Below are positions 46,364 through 57,092 of a stretch of 64,000 nucleotides of DNA, in pieces (positions within the stretch are counted from its first letter, which is position 1; the number at the start of each line of letters is the position of its first letter). Where the stretch lies: assembly GCA_965240325.2 (NCBI GenBank), contig OZ251228.1:558001-622000 (forward strand), written 5' to 3'. Under the pieces are notes generated by a model, which saw only the letters and a program-made list of their open reading frames with translations, was not told where the DNA came from and searched no databases. The DNA comes from Rebecca billardiae RCC1528. Its lineage: Eukaryota > Protista > Haptophyta. The translations under genes were made by a program, and so were the position numbers.

Positions 46364-46769
46364 GAGACGCGTCAGCCCGCCGTCACGCACGGTGGCTCGA
46401 GCTGTCCGGTTTGGGCGGTCCGGCAATTCCCGTCGTCCGTCGATGAGCGACAGTTACTCCCGTGGAGCATACGGTACTCTTTTTAGAAACCTTATTCATA
46501 CATACCCCTGGCCATGGTATAGAAACGGGATCGTGACGATTCGGCACGCGGGCTGAGTGGCTGACTGACGACGGGGCGCTTCGCCCAATTGCCCGTCTCA
46601 AGTCCTGACGGTTCGGCGCCTGTGCTCACTAGTGCTGCTATCAGTTTGCTTATCTTTGGATCATTGGATCACTGATTTCGTCGAAAGCGTACCCGCATCC
46701 CTATGTACGCACACATCTTGCGCGATCTTGAGGCATCTTTTCGGCCTGACCACCGGCACGGTGAGCATC

Positions 46770-49700
46770 ATGAGGAACGCCTCGGCGGCGGTGTACCTCG
46801 TCGCGAGCCTGACGTCGTCGCCGACGAGGCTGCACACGCTCGGGCCCACCGTGTCGTCGCTCTCGCCGCAGAGTCAGACGCGCCCCTTCGACGAGATCGT
46901 CCTCAACCTGCCCTCGCCGGCCGGGCAGACCGCCTCCCTGGGCGAGCTGCCGCCGGCCGTCTCGGCGGCGGTGACGGTCAACCGCGTGCCGTACGACTGG
47001 GGCCCGGCGGCGAAGCTGGTGCCAACGGTGCGCTACCTCCTGCAGACGCGGCTGCCCGCCATCGCCGCCGCACTCGAGCTGCCAGCGCGCGGGCACGAGC
47101 AGGAGGCCTGGCTGCGCACGCACATCGTGCTGGTGGCCGACGACGTCATCTACCCGCCCGGCATGGCGCTCTCGCTGGCGGGATCGGCGGCGCCGTCCGT
47201 GTCGGAGGCGGCGTCCGGCTCGAACCTGACGCCACGCACGCTGGCCCACCCGCGCGGCCACGCGCTCGTCGAGGGCCCGCACGGCGCGCCGCTCGACGTG
47301 GCCGAGGGTCGGTCTGGCTGGCGAATCCCACTCGGGGCGTTCGGTGGGCGCGGCGCGCGCGACGCGGACGCGTTCGAGGCGCGGATGCGCGAGCTGCTGA
47401 CCGGCGCGGACGCGAGAGCGAGCGACGACCTCGTCATCTCGGCGTACCTCGCCGAGCGCAACGTCTCGCGCGCGCTGCACAAGACGGAGCGGTTCCAGAA
47501 GTCGCAGCTGGGGCTGGCTGGCGCGATCACCGGCGGCGAGGAGCACTGGATGCGCGCGTGGCGCGTGCTCGAGTCGGGTCGCCTGCCCGCGCTGCCCATG
47601 CCCGAGCGCTGGGACGTGCTCTGCCCCGCGCAGCTGCGCCCCGCCGCGCCGCCGGCGTGCCAGTGGCGGACGGGCACTAGGGACTATCACGTATGGGGCG
47701 AGCGCCACAGCGGCACCAACGCGATCGCCTCGCACGTGCGGCTCAACTTTGGCGCGCCTGAGCCGTTTATGATGGAGACGTACACGCACATGTGGGTCTC
47801 GGAGGACGCCGCCGACCTCCGCAGCATGACGGCGAGGATGTCGCGCGTGCACGCGCACGGGCTGCCGGCGATCATCATGGTCCGCGAGCCCGTCCAGTGG
47901 CTGCTGCAGATGCACCGGCAGCCACACCACGCGCGCTGGCTGGCGGGTAGGGTGAGCTTCCTCGAGTTCCTGCAGGGCGAGTGGCGCTCGTGGTTCCCGC
48001 GCAAGGCGCGCGAAAAGTGCGCGGCGCTTGGCTTCATCCCAGCCAGCACCGTGCCCACCAAGCACATTGAAGCGCTCGCGCTCGAGCAGCAGCGCGCGTG
48101 CGCGGTGCGCGAGTTTGCCTCCGTCATCGCGCTGCGCTCGACCAAGCTGCGGCTGTGGGCGCAGGCGTTCGAGCTCGTGCCGGCGGACGAGCAGACGCGG
48201 CGCGAGCAGCTCGTGCACACGGTGAGCCGCCGTGCCGTGCCTGGCAGCGGCCGCGTGCTCGTGCTCCGCTTCGAGGACATGGTCGCGCGCGAGGCCGAGC
48301 TGCCGTGCGTGCTCGCCCACCACCTGGGCGCGTGCCCGCTGCACGCGCATGCGCGCTTACCCAACGAGCTGGTCGGGCCGGATGCGGCGGAGCTCATGGA
48401 GGAGAAGCTCGAGCGCGCGACGCACACACCGGTCGAGCCGTGCGCCCACCTCAACACCACCGGCGTGCGCGCGTTCCGCACGATCCTCGGTGGGCTGGAC
48501 TGGGCGATGGAGGCCCTCTATGGGTACGCGCCCGAGGGTGCGTACCGGCGCTGCCTGGGCGAGGCCGAGCCGCGGCGCGCGCCGGCCGAGCGCCCGCCGA
48601 GGCCCGAGCGGCGTGGGGATACCCTGCCGGAGCGTCCGCCTGAGGCTGCGCCCACTCACGAGCACGCGGCCGAGCCGCGTGAGCTCGAGCCGGAAGAGGC
48701 ACAGCGGCTGGGGGCCAGCTGCCCCGCCCCGCTTGCGCGCGCCGCGCCGCGCATGTGCCGCCCGCTGCGCGGGGCGCAGCGCTACCTCCTGTTCGGCGAG
48801 TGGCTCACGGGCGCCGGCACGATGAGAGACCTGATGCGCCGCAATTTCGCGACGGGCGAGCCCGCAAACAAGCCGGGCGAGCTCATCCACACGTGGACAT
48901 CGGGCGATCTGGCCGCGCTCGCGCGCACGAGCGCGCGGGTGCCCGCGCGCATCCTGCCTGCGATCGTGCTGGTGCGCGAGCCGGTGCAGTGGCTGCTGGA
49001 GCTGCACCACCACCCGAAGCACGCGCCGTGGATGCGGGGCGTCTCGATGCGCACGTTCGTCTCGACGGAGTGGCGCTCCTTGGAGCTGCCGGGCGCGCTC
49101 GAGCGGTGCGCCGCGCTCGGGCTCATCGCCAACGCGAGCGTGCCGATGGCGGCGGTGCACGCGCTGCCGCCCGAGCAGCAGCGGCGATGCGCGGTGCACG
49201 CGTTCGCGTCGCCGATCGCGATGCGCTCCGCGCAGCTGCGCCTGCTGCGCGAAGCGTTCGACCTCGAGCCCGCCGACGAGCGCACCCGCACCGAGCAGCG
49301 CGTGCACACCACTGTGAGCGCGCGCCAGCCCGGCCCGGCCGGCGCGCCCGTCCTCGTCCTCCGGTACGAGGATCTGGTGGCGCGCCCGCAGCACGCGCCG
49401 TGCGTGCTCGCACGGCACCTGGGCGGGTGCCCGACGCGCACATTCCCGGACGCGGCGCCGCTCGGCGGCGGCGGTAACACGCGCACTGAGCGCTGGATCA
49501 AGCGCGCCGGCCCCAAGCGCGCGGCCTCCGTCGACCCGTGCCCGCACGCCTCCCGGATGCCGCCGGAGACCTTCCGGCACATCGTGGGCGCCCTCGACTG
49601 GGAGCTCGAGGCTGTGTTCGGGTACGGTGGCGAGGGCGCGTACCGCGCGTGCACGGCGCGCGGTGTGCCGCTTTACCCGTCGGCGCCGACGGCCCAGCGC

Positions 49701-49994
49701 GTGCAGCCCGCGCTGCGGGCTCCGCCTCGCACGAGCGACAGCCCCAAGAAGCTCAAGGGGGCGGACACGCAGCTTCTCGCCATCACGCGCAAGGCGAAGC
49801 TGCCGCTGTTCGGGTTCCGGCCGGGCGCGCTGCTGGAGGACGTCCTCGACAACGATGACGGGGGCGGGGCTGAGGAGGATGGCGGGGCGGCGTCCTCAGC
49901 AGACTCGAGGCCCCACTGGCGTTTTGCCGTGAACTTCATTCGTCAGCATCGTCACACTCATCGTCAGCGTGATTGGAGTCGTCGTCGCGCGTAG
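46770..49994 (+). CDS. Fusion: GT-A-like glycosyltransferase domain + two tandem sulfotransferase-like domains
   Basis: GT-like motifs SLTSSPTRL, DWGPAAKLVP, VADDVIYP and SDDLVIS. ST1: WGERHSGTN (5'-PSB-like), VREPVQWLLQM (3'-PB-like), LRFEDM. ST2: FGEWLTGAG, VREPVQWLLEL, LRYEDL. The start is uncertain. Confidence 0.65.
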   Translation: MRNASAAVYLVASLTSSPTRLHTLGPTVSSLSPQSQTRPFDEIVLNLPSPAGQTASLGELPPAVSAAVTVNRVPYDWGPAAKLVPTVRYLLQTRLPAIAAALELPARGHEQEAWLRTHIVLVADDVIYPPGMALSLAGSAAPSVSEAASGSNLTPRTLAHPRGHALVEGPHGAPLDVAEGRSGWRIPLGAFGGRGARDADAFEARMRELLTGADARASDDLVISAYLAERNVSRALHKTERFQKSQLGLAGAITGGEEHWMRAWRVLESGRLPALPMPERWDVLCPAQLRPAAPPACQWRTGTRDYHVWGERHSGTNAIASHVRLNFGAPEPFMMETYTHMWVSEDAADLRSMTARMSRVHAHGLPAIIMVREPVQWLLQMHRQPHHARWLAGRVSFLEFLQGEWRSWFPRKAREKCAALGFIPASTVPTKHIEALALEQQRACAVREFASVIALRSTKLRLWAQAFELVPADEQTRREQLVHTVSRRAVPGSGRVLVLRFEDMVAREAELPCVLAHHLGACPLHAHARLPNELVGPDAAELMEEKLERATHTPVEPCAHLNTTGVRAFRTILGGLDWAMEALYGYAPEGAYRRCLGEAEPRRAPAERPPRPERRGDTLPERPPEAAPTHEHAAEPRELEPEEAQRLGASCPAPLARAAPRMCRPLRGAQRYLLFGEWLTGAGTMRDLMRRNFATGEPANKPGELIHTWTSGDLAALARTSARVPARILPAIVLVREPVQWLLELHHHPKHAPWMRGVSMRTFVSTEWRSLELPGALERCAALGLIANASVPMAAVHALPPEQQRRCAVHAFASPIAMRSAQLRLLREAFDLEPADERTRTEQRVHTTVSARQPGPAGAPVLVLRYEDLVARPQHAPCVLARHLGGCPTRTFPDAAPLGGGGNTRTERWIKRAGPKRAASVDPCPHASRMPPETFRHIVGALDWELEAVFGYGGEGAYRACTARGVPLYPSAPTAQRVQPALRAPPRTSDSPKKLKGADTQLLAITRKAKLPLFGFRPGALLEDVLDNDDGGGAEEDGGAASSADSRPHWRFAVNFIRQHRHTHRQRDWSRRRA

Positions 49995-50348
49995 GCGCCG
50001 CTGCGCGCACCGTTGCCCGTGGCGTAGGCCGCGTATAGGCCGCCTAGTGTCTAGTGTGAGTAGTCTAGTGTCAGTGAGTCTGACGGCAGACGGGCCTCTG
50101 TGCTCAATAATCGTCTGCGCGCTATATATAGATATACTAATAATAATCTATTTTATAATAATTAATAAATATAATTATTAATCGGCACGACTAGTTATTG
50201 CCGCAGCAGCCGGCCAGCTGATGGCCGTGCCGTACCAGCAAGGCCAATGGCCACCAGCCATAGTACAATTAGTCACGGGACACGGGTGTCCCCGGGACGT
50301 CACAGCGAGTCACGGCGACATGTGACCGCCAACGACTTCGCACCAGGA

Positions 50349-51638
50349 TCAGTTCGCCTCCTTAGCGGCGAGCCTCTTTAGGCTGCTGCGCACGTGCTCG
50401 AACGCCTCGTCCACGCTGTCCGTGATGAAGAGCTGCTGCACGTCGCGCTGCGAGATCGTGCCGAACTGCTCAAGCGCCTGCAGCGGCGCGGTGGCGGTGG
50501 CGCGGCGGCGCGAGGGACGTCTGAGCGCGCGCCCGAGCGGCGCGTTGCAGCGCCGGCCGGCGAACGCGCGGCGGGTGCGTGCGGCGCGGCGCGCGCACCT
50601 CAAAGTTGATCACTGTCCGCCAGTACTTCTCGCCGAGGAGCACGACCGGCACGTCCAGCTTCACCTTGTTCGTCTGTTTGAGCGTGAGCACCTCGAAGAG
50701 CTCGTCGAGCGTGCCGTAGCCGCCGGGCGTGCACACGAGGCCGAGGCACGGGTAGACCATCCAAAACTTGCGCGTGAAGAAGTAGTGGTACTCGAAGGCG
50801 AGCTCCTCCGTGACGTACTTGTTGAGCCCCGGCTCGAAGGGCAGCGAGATCCCCATCCCAATCGACCGGCCGCCGGGCACCAGCGCCGCGCCCTTGTTCG
50901 CCGCCTCCATCAGCCCGGGCCCGCCCCCGGTCGAGATGACGAGTGGCGCGCGCGAGCCAATGTTGAACGGCAGGTGCTTGCTCGCGGGGTCGACGAGGTC
51001 GCCGCTGTCGATGGACTCGTGCACGATGGTCTTGACGAGCGCGAACGCCTCGCCCGTCTGCGCCCACTCCGTCACGCGCTTCGCCAGCTCCGTCGTCTTG
51101 TCCATATACTCACATACCCACGCGAGCTTCTTGTGCCGCTCGAGGTTCGCCTCGACCGGCTTGCGCGCGTCGGGCGTTTTGGCGGCCTTGAGCTCGGCCT
51201 GGAGCTGCGCGGTCTTCTTGTCGTAGTCCTCCTTGCTCGAGCACCGCGCCGAGCCGAAGAACAGGATCGTCCCGCTGATCCCGTTCTCGCGCAGCCGTGA
51301 CTGCGTGTCCTGATACTCGCACAGGATGCGGATTGGGCGCGCGTCGCGGCTGTTGAGGAAGGCCTCAGACTTGTACGCCTTGATCGTCGGCGTCCATTCG
51401 CGCTCGGCCGAGCTCCCATTCGGCTTCTCCGGCTCGCTCGCGGCCTGCCGCGCGGCGGGATGGGAGGCGCGCGCGCGGCGCACAAATAAGAAGACTGCAC
51501 GCCCACAGCGCGTGCCACGCGCGCTCGGCGCGCACGCGCTCGTGGACGAGCCCCACGGGCGGCGTGGTAGGCTCTGTGAGGGCAGACGAGCCCACGTGCT
51601 CGGCGGCGCCCCACCCGCACCTTGCGCTTCTGCGGCAT
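50349..51638 (-). CDS. LOG family (nucleotide phosphoribohydrolase / 'lysine decarboxylase-like') protein; introns 51445-51620 and 50478-50598
   Basis: FFGSAR, TGGGPGLMEAANKGA, FEYHYFFTRKFW and PGGYGTLDELFE. The short first exon MPQKRK is inferred. Confidence 0.88.
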
Positions 51639-52079
51639 GCTGGACGGCGGGCTTGCGGGGTGTCGGCGCGGTGGGCGGGTCGGCTCACTGTCGGGCTCGC
51701 TCGGTGCGGATGCGCTTTGACGTGGGCAATCGAAATCGTGCGCGCTGTCCCAGCTGTCCCGCTTCGCGAGTTTGCGCGCGGGGGTGGACGTCAGTTCACG
51801 TCGCCGCTCACCGTTGACTGTTGAGCGCGACCCGGACTCGACGCTCGCAGCGCCGCAGCGCGCGACAAAAGCACGCCAGCCGGACAATTGATGAATGCGG
51901 CCGTAAAAGTGGCGCTCGAGTCAGCTCAAGCTGGCGTCAAGAGTTCTCTAAGTCTAGACTCTAGAGAGCTCTCCAGACGAGATTCGTCGACAGTCAGCCG
52001 AAGCGCAGGCTCTGGCACGAGCCCACGACCACGCAGAGCAGTGGCCGCAGGAGCTCCTGATCGAGTGACGCGCCGAGCC

Positions 52080-54257
52080 CTACCTCCCGCCGACGCCGCG
52101 GCGGTGGCGCGCGCGCCGCGCACCCGTCACCGCGCACGCGAGGGCGCCGACGACTAGCAGCGACAGCACAAGTAGCAGCCGCTGCCCGATCTGAATCACC
52201 ACGATGCCGGGCAGCCGCTCCGAGTCCATGCTCACGCTGACCAGGCCCGCGCCCGCCACCGCCGCGGCGCCGAGCGGCTCGAGCACCGGCCCCGGCGGCT
52301 GCGCGGAGCCGTTGTGCGCGCCACGCGGCGCCGTGAGCTCGACAGGCTCCGCAGCTGCGGCCGCTAAGCCGGGCGCCGCCGCCGAGTGCTGCGCGCCCTC
52401 CTCCCGCGCGGCGCTCAGCCGCGCGTCGCGCGCGCGGATCTGGCGCTCACGCGCCGCCTTGGCGCGCGCCCGCGCCAGCGCGTTCGCCGCGCGCGCGCGC
52501 GACGCAGCCGCCTTCGCAGCCCCTACAAGGGAGGTGCCGGCGGAGTCGCCCAGCGCGCCCGCCGCGGCCGGCTCGGTTGGCGCCGGCTGGGCCCGCGCCT
52601 CGGCGTCCGCCGCGCGCGCGCGCGACGCAGCCGCCCTCGCAGCCCCTACAAGGGAGGTGCCGGCGGAGTCGCCCCGCGCGCCCGTCGGCCGCGCGCCGGG
52701 CACACGCTCGGCGGCCGGCTGCGCCGACGCCGGCTCGGCCGGCGGCAGACGTCCGCTCGGCTCGCGCGCCGGCGCGGGCCGCGCCGCCACTGGCACGAGC
52801 CCGGCCGCTGGCACGCCTTCGCAGCCGGGCAGGCTGCGGCGCGCCTCGTCCGTGATGCGGCGGAGCCCCTCAAGGTCGAAGGTGTGCCGCACGATCCGCG
52901 ACGCGTTGCGCGAGAACTTGGAGATCCCGGGCACGTCGCGGTGCAGGAAGAAGTGAACCTCCTTCTTCTGGCTCGGATGATGCTGACCATGATTCCGGAG
53001 TAGAAGCGGAGTACCCGGCTGCGGCTCCTCGGCCGCCGCCTCCGCCACCACAAACCCGTCTACTGGGTGGTCAAACGTGCGGCCCGCGGCGGGCGTCGAG
53101 TTGAGGAGGCGCGTGAGCGCGCCGAAGTGGACGCCGTCGCACGAGGGCGCGATCGCGACCATCGCGTCGCCGTTGCTGTTCCCCTCGCGCGCGCCGCGCC
53201 TGCCCATGTTCACGGGGAACATGCCGAGCAGCATGTGCGCGGGCAGCAGCGGGTGCGGCTTCACCGCGGCAAAGTAGATGTTTCCCGGACCTTTCCAGTC
53301 GTACCCGTCGATGTGGATGAGCTCGAAGGGGCCGTACGGGCCGGCGGGGTCGTCGCGCTCGGAGCGGACCACCTGCACGTACCGCCCGCCCATCACCTTG
53401 GTGTTCGACCGCGCGTACACGAGGTATCGACCCTTGAAGTGCGCGATCGACATTTTGCCGTCGAATCCGCATGTGCCCGGCCGGCCGTACACGACCGTGC
53501 GGTCCATCAGGTCGTAGCAGCCGGTGTGGTTGCCGTCGAAGATGGCGGGCGGGGAGCCGACCATCCGGCTCGGGTCCCACGGCATCCAGCGCGCCGTGAG
53601 CACCTCCTCGAGCGAGGACGCGCGCAGCAGGTTGATGCCGTCGCGGCCGCGCGCGTGCGGCCGCTTGGCGCGCGCCGAGCGCAAGTCGCGCACAAAGTAC
53701 TGCCCGCCGACGCCGAGCATCTCCGAGGCGCCGCGTGCGTCGCGGCGGACGAGGAGCACGTCCATGTTGTGGCTGAGCACCGTGTCGTTCACGATCGGCG
53801 GGCGCAGCAGCCGCAGCTCGTCCGAGCGCGGCTCGGGCAGCGCAAAGATGTACATGCGGAACCGGGGCACGCGGTCGCCCGAGCGCGCGACGAAGAGGAG
53901 GCGGCCGTCGAGCGGCGTGCCGTCGGTGGCGCGGGGCCGCGTACTGCCGAGCCAGCCCTCGTGCCCCGCCGTGTCCACCGCCGCGAAGTACCGCAGCTCC
54001 GGCTTGAACGTGAACGACGCGCTCGGTGCGCGCCTCAAGAAGCGCATCAGCGGCAGCGCGCGCGCCGTGCCGGGGCGGACGAGCTCCGGGTTGATGCGCT
54101 CGTCGTGGTCGATCGCGAGCATCGCCTCGCGGTCAGCAGCGACCTCCCGCGCGTGCACCACGCTCCCCGCGCGCTGCTGCGCGCCGCTCATCGTGCGGCG
54201 CGCCCAGGATCCCCGCGCTCCGCCGCGCGCTCCTGCTGCAAGCCACGGCTTGAACAT
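52080..54257 (-). CDS. Hypothetical protein with globular beta-rich domain, Ala/Pro-rich linker and C-terminal TM segment
   Basis: 725-aa ORF with coding-like bias. FDGKMSIAHFKGRYLVYARSN and SCDGVHF weakly suggest a beta-propeller glycosidase-like fold. TM segment LLLVLSLLVVGALACAV. Internal 123-bp-period duplication at 52485-52674. Confidence 0.6.
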   Translation of the reverse strand: MFKPWLAAGARGGARGSWARRTMSGAQQRAGSVVHAREVAADREAMLAIDHDERINPELVRPGTARALPLMRFLRRAPSASFTFKPELRYFAAVDTAGHEGWLGSTRPRATDGTPLDGRLLFVARSGDRVPRFRMYIFALPEPRSDELRLLRPPIVNDTVLSHNMDVLLVRRDARGASEMLGVGGQYFVRDLRSARAKRPHARGRDGINLLRASSLEEVLTARWMPWDPSRMVGSPPAIFDGNHTGCYDLMDRTVVYGRPGTCGFDGKMSIAHFKGRYLVYARSNTKVMGGRYVQVVRSERDDPAGPYGPFELIHIDGYDWKGPGNIYFAAVKPHPLLPAHMLLGMFPVNMGRRGAREGNSNGDAMVAIAPSCDGVHFGALTRLLNSTPAAGRTFDHPVDGFVVAEAAAEEPQPGTPLLLRNHGQHHPSQKKEVHFFLHRDVPGISKFSRNASRIVRHTFDLEGLRRITDEARRSLPGCEGVPAAGLVPVAARPAPAREPSGRLPPAEPASAQPAAERVPGARPTGARGDSAGTSLVGAARAAASRARAADAEARAQPAPTEPAAAGALGDSAGTSLVGAAKAAASRARAANALARARAKAARERQIRARDARLSAAREEGAQHSAAAPGLAAAAAEPVELTAPRGAHNGSAQPPGPVLEPLGAAAVAGAGLVSVSMDSERLPGIVVIQIGQRLLLVLSLLVVGALACAVTGARRARHRRGVGGR

Positions 54258-54322
54258 GCGTGATCAAGCGCAGGACCGTTCTCCGACTCGGAGTCCGACG
54301 GGCGGCCACGGCATCACCCGGG

Positions 54323-56692
54323 ATGCGCCGGCGCGCGACGATCGCCGTGCTCCATGCGCTACTCGCCGTCCTCGCGAGCGGACGGCCCACGGCCCGCGTG
54401 CCGCAGCGCGCCCTGCGGTTGCCGAGTGAGCGATCGCACACGCCCACGCTCTCGTGCGCCCAGCTGGTCGCCCGCCGCCACGCCGCGCGCGTGCGCGGCG
54501 GCGTGCGCGCGAGCGACGCAGCCGATGGCGCCGCGCGGCCGCGCGGCCGCGCGCGCGCGCTGGGGGAGCTGCTGGCGACGCACGCATGGGCGACGCAGGG
54601 GTGGACGAGGCGCGCCGCACTCCTCGCCTCCTTCGTGCTGATGGGCGCGTCCAAGCTGCTCGGCGTGCGCTCCACGTTTGCGCTCGCGCGCGCGATGGAG
54701 GCCGCAGGCCGTCTGCCCTCGGCCGCGGGCGCGGCGGCCGCGGCGGCGGCGTGGTCGGCGGCCGCGCGCGGCTTCGTCGCGTACGTGGCGTACCGTGTGC
54801 TCACCGCCGCGTGCGTCGAGCTCAAGCGCGCCTCCTTCGCGCCCGTCGCGCACGAGGCGACGCGCTCGTGCGCGCGCGTCGCGTTCTCGCGTGCGTTCGC
54901 CATGGATGCGCAGTGGCACGCGCTCCGGCCGGCGGGGGCGCTCGATCGCGAGTTCCACCGCGGCGCGCGGGGGCTGCAGACGCTGCTCAACGCGGTCACC
55001 TTCAACCTCGCGCCCACCCTCTTCGAGGCGGCCGTCGTGCTCACCGTCCTCGCGCGCTCGTTCGGGCGGCGCGTGGCGGCGCTGGCCGCGCTGATGCTCT
55101 CGGCTTCCATCGTGCTCGGCGTCGTGGTGAACGAGGCGCGGCGGGTGGTGCACGGCGCGGCGAACGCGCACGACTCGCGCCTCTCCGCCCGCTTCGTCGA
55201 GTCCATGCGGCTGCACGAGCACGCCAAGCTCATCGGCGCCGAGGCCGCGCAGGCGCGCGCGTACGATGCAGGAATGGCGCGCCTCGTGCGGTTGCGCGTG
55301 CGGCTTGCGCGCTCGCTTGCGGCGCTCAACGTTGCGCAGCGCGGGCTGTTCGGCGCGGGGCTGGCGCTGATCCTGCTCCTCGGCCTCGCCGACGTGCGCG
55401 CCGGACGGCTCGCCCCCGCGCAGCTCATCGTGCTCAACGGGCTGCTCCGCCAGCTCTCGGCGCCGGTGCAGCAGCTCGGTGCATCATACACGGCCGCGCG
55501 GCAGGCGTGCGTCGACCTGTCGCCTCTGCTCGAGCTGACAGGCTGCGGCGGCGCGGAGGGGGAGGCGGCGTGCGGCGCGGCAGCGCGGGCCGAGGGCGGG
55601 CTCGCACAGCTGCCGCCGCTGCCGCACGGCCATCTCGTCTTCGCCAACGTCACCGTGCTCGCGCCCGAACCCGTGCCGGCCGCGGCCGCCGCGCCGGCCT
55701 CGGGCGTGGCGCCGGCCGCGGCGACGACCAGTGCCCTCCCCTCCGCCTCGCCGCCGCCGCGCACGCGGCTGCTCTCAGGTCTCTCCTTCGAGGCCCGGCG
55801 CGGCGAGCTCGTCGCGCTCGTCGGGCCGTCGGGCGCGGGCAAGACGACGGCGGTGCGGGCGCTCGCGCGGCTCACCGCCGTGCACTCGGGCGCGATCTGC
55901 CTCGACGGGCACTCCGTGGCGGCGCGGAGTGCGGCGAGCGTGCGCGCGGCCCTCGCCGTCGTGCCGCAGGACGCCATGTCAGGCGGCGCGCTGCTCGGCG
56001 CCGAGCTCGGCGGCGTCAGCGCCGCGGACGGGGCCGTCCAGCCTGCCCTCGCAGGCACCGCCACCCGGACTGCCCCGGCTGAATCCCCGGACGGCGCCTC
56101 CGAACGGCGGGCGCTCTTCGAGGCGGCCATCCGGTACGGCGCCCCGAACGCGACGTCTGAGGGCGTGCGCCGCGCGCTCGCGGCCGTCGGTCTGGACGAC
56201 GCGCGACACGCGCCGCACGCGCGCGCGCTCGCGGCCGAGCGCGCCGACGCCGACGCCGACGCAGACGCCGACGCGGAGCGCGGCGCGCGCGTGCTGCCTC
56301 GATTCTCCGGTGGGGAGCTGCAGCGGCTTGCGATCGCACGCGCGCTCGCGCGCGCCGCGCCGCTGATCGTCTGCGACGAGCCCACCGCCCACCTCGACGC
56401 GCTGGCGGGCGCGCGCGTCATGCGCGCCCTGCGCGACGAGGCGGACGCGGGGCGCACGGTGATCGTCGTCGCTCACGACCTGCGCTCGGTGGGGGGCGCG
56501 GACCGCGTCGTCGTGATGCAGGCGGGCGCGTGCGTCGAGCACGGGCGGCCCGCCGAGCTCCGCTCCGCCGGCGGCCTCTTCGCCAAGATGTGGGCGGCGC
56601 AGGCCGCGGCAGCGCCAGCAGGCGGCGGCGCGGAGCGCCCGGCACGCTCGCACTCCGCGGCGGAGGCGCTGCCAGAGGGCGAGAGCGCTTGA
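54323..56692 (+). CDS. ABCB half-transporter, ATM1/ABCB7-like, divergent
   Basis: TMD motif RGARGLQTLLNAVTFNLAPTLFE (ATM1-like). NBD motifs GPSGAGKT, VVPQD, FSGGELQR, VCDEPT and AHDL. Confidence 0.78.
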   Translation: MRRRATIAVLHALLAVLASGRPTARVPQRALRLPSERSHTPTLSCAQLVARRHAARVRGGVRASDAADGAARPRGRARALGELLATHAWATQGWTRRAALLASFVLMGASKLLGVRSTFALARAMEAAGRLPSAAGAAAAAAAWSAAARGFVAYVAYRVLTAACVELKRASFAPVAHEATRSCARVAFSRAFAMDAQWHALRPAGALDREFHRGARGLQTLLNAVTFNLAPTLFEAAVVLTVLARSFGRRVAALAALMLSASIVLGVVVNEARRVVHGAANAHDSRLSARFVESMRLHEHAKLIGAEAAQARAYDAGMARLVRLRVRLARSLAALNVAQRGLFGAGLALILLLGLADVRAGRLAPAQLIVLNGLLRQLSAPVQQLGASYTAARQACVDLSPLLELTGCGGAEGEAACGAAARAEGGLAQLPPLPHGHLVFANVTVLAPEPVPAAAAAPASGVAPAAATTSALPSASPPPRTRLLSGLSFEARRGELVALVGPSGAGKTTAVRALARLTAVHSGAICLDGHSVAARSAASVRAALAVVPQDAMSGGALLGAELGGVSAADGAVQPALAGTATRTAPAESPDGASERRALFEAAIRYGAPNATSEGVRRALAAVGLDDARHAPHARALAAERADADADADADAERGARVLPRFSGGELQRLAIARALARAAPLIVCDEPTAHLDALAGARVMRALRDEADAGRTVIVVAHDLRSVGGADRVVVMQAGACVEHGRPAELRSAGGLFAKMWAAQAAAAPAGGGAERPARSHSAAEALPEGESA

Positions 56693-57092
56693 CAGTTGAG
56701 GCTTCAAGGCTTGACTATGACAACGACGTCGCTGGGCCCTCGCGCTGAGACTGCTGCCGCGGCGCAGTAGAGTGCCGGGGCGGGGCCCGCCATCTCTGGA
56801 GTTGCCCGCCCCAGCCTCGCGGCGGAGCCGCGTGAGATTATTTTGACGCAACAAGACGATCGCGAGATTGATGCCGTGAGTTCCACTTCCATATTGGACA
56901 AGAATTCACGCAGTGATGATGATGCGATGATATATCACTTATATTCACTTTATTCGCTTTCGGCGTTTACTTGCCGAATCACACCAAGATGATTACTAGG
57001 CGTGGGTTGCGAGCGTGACGCCGTGGACACTCGCAGTTCGCGGAAACCTCACCTGTAAAGCAGGGCGGCCAGCAGCAAGCTTTTCCGCCGCC

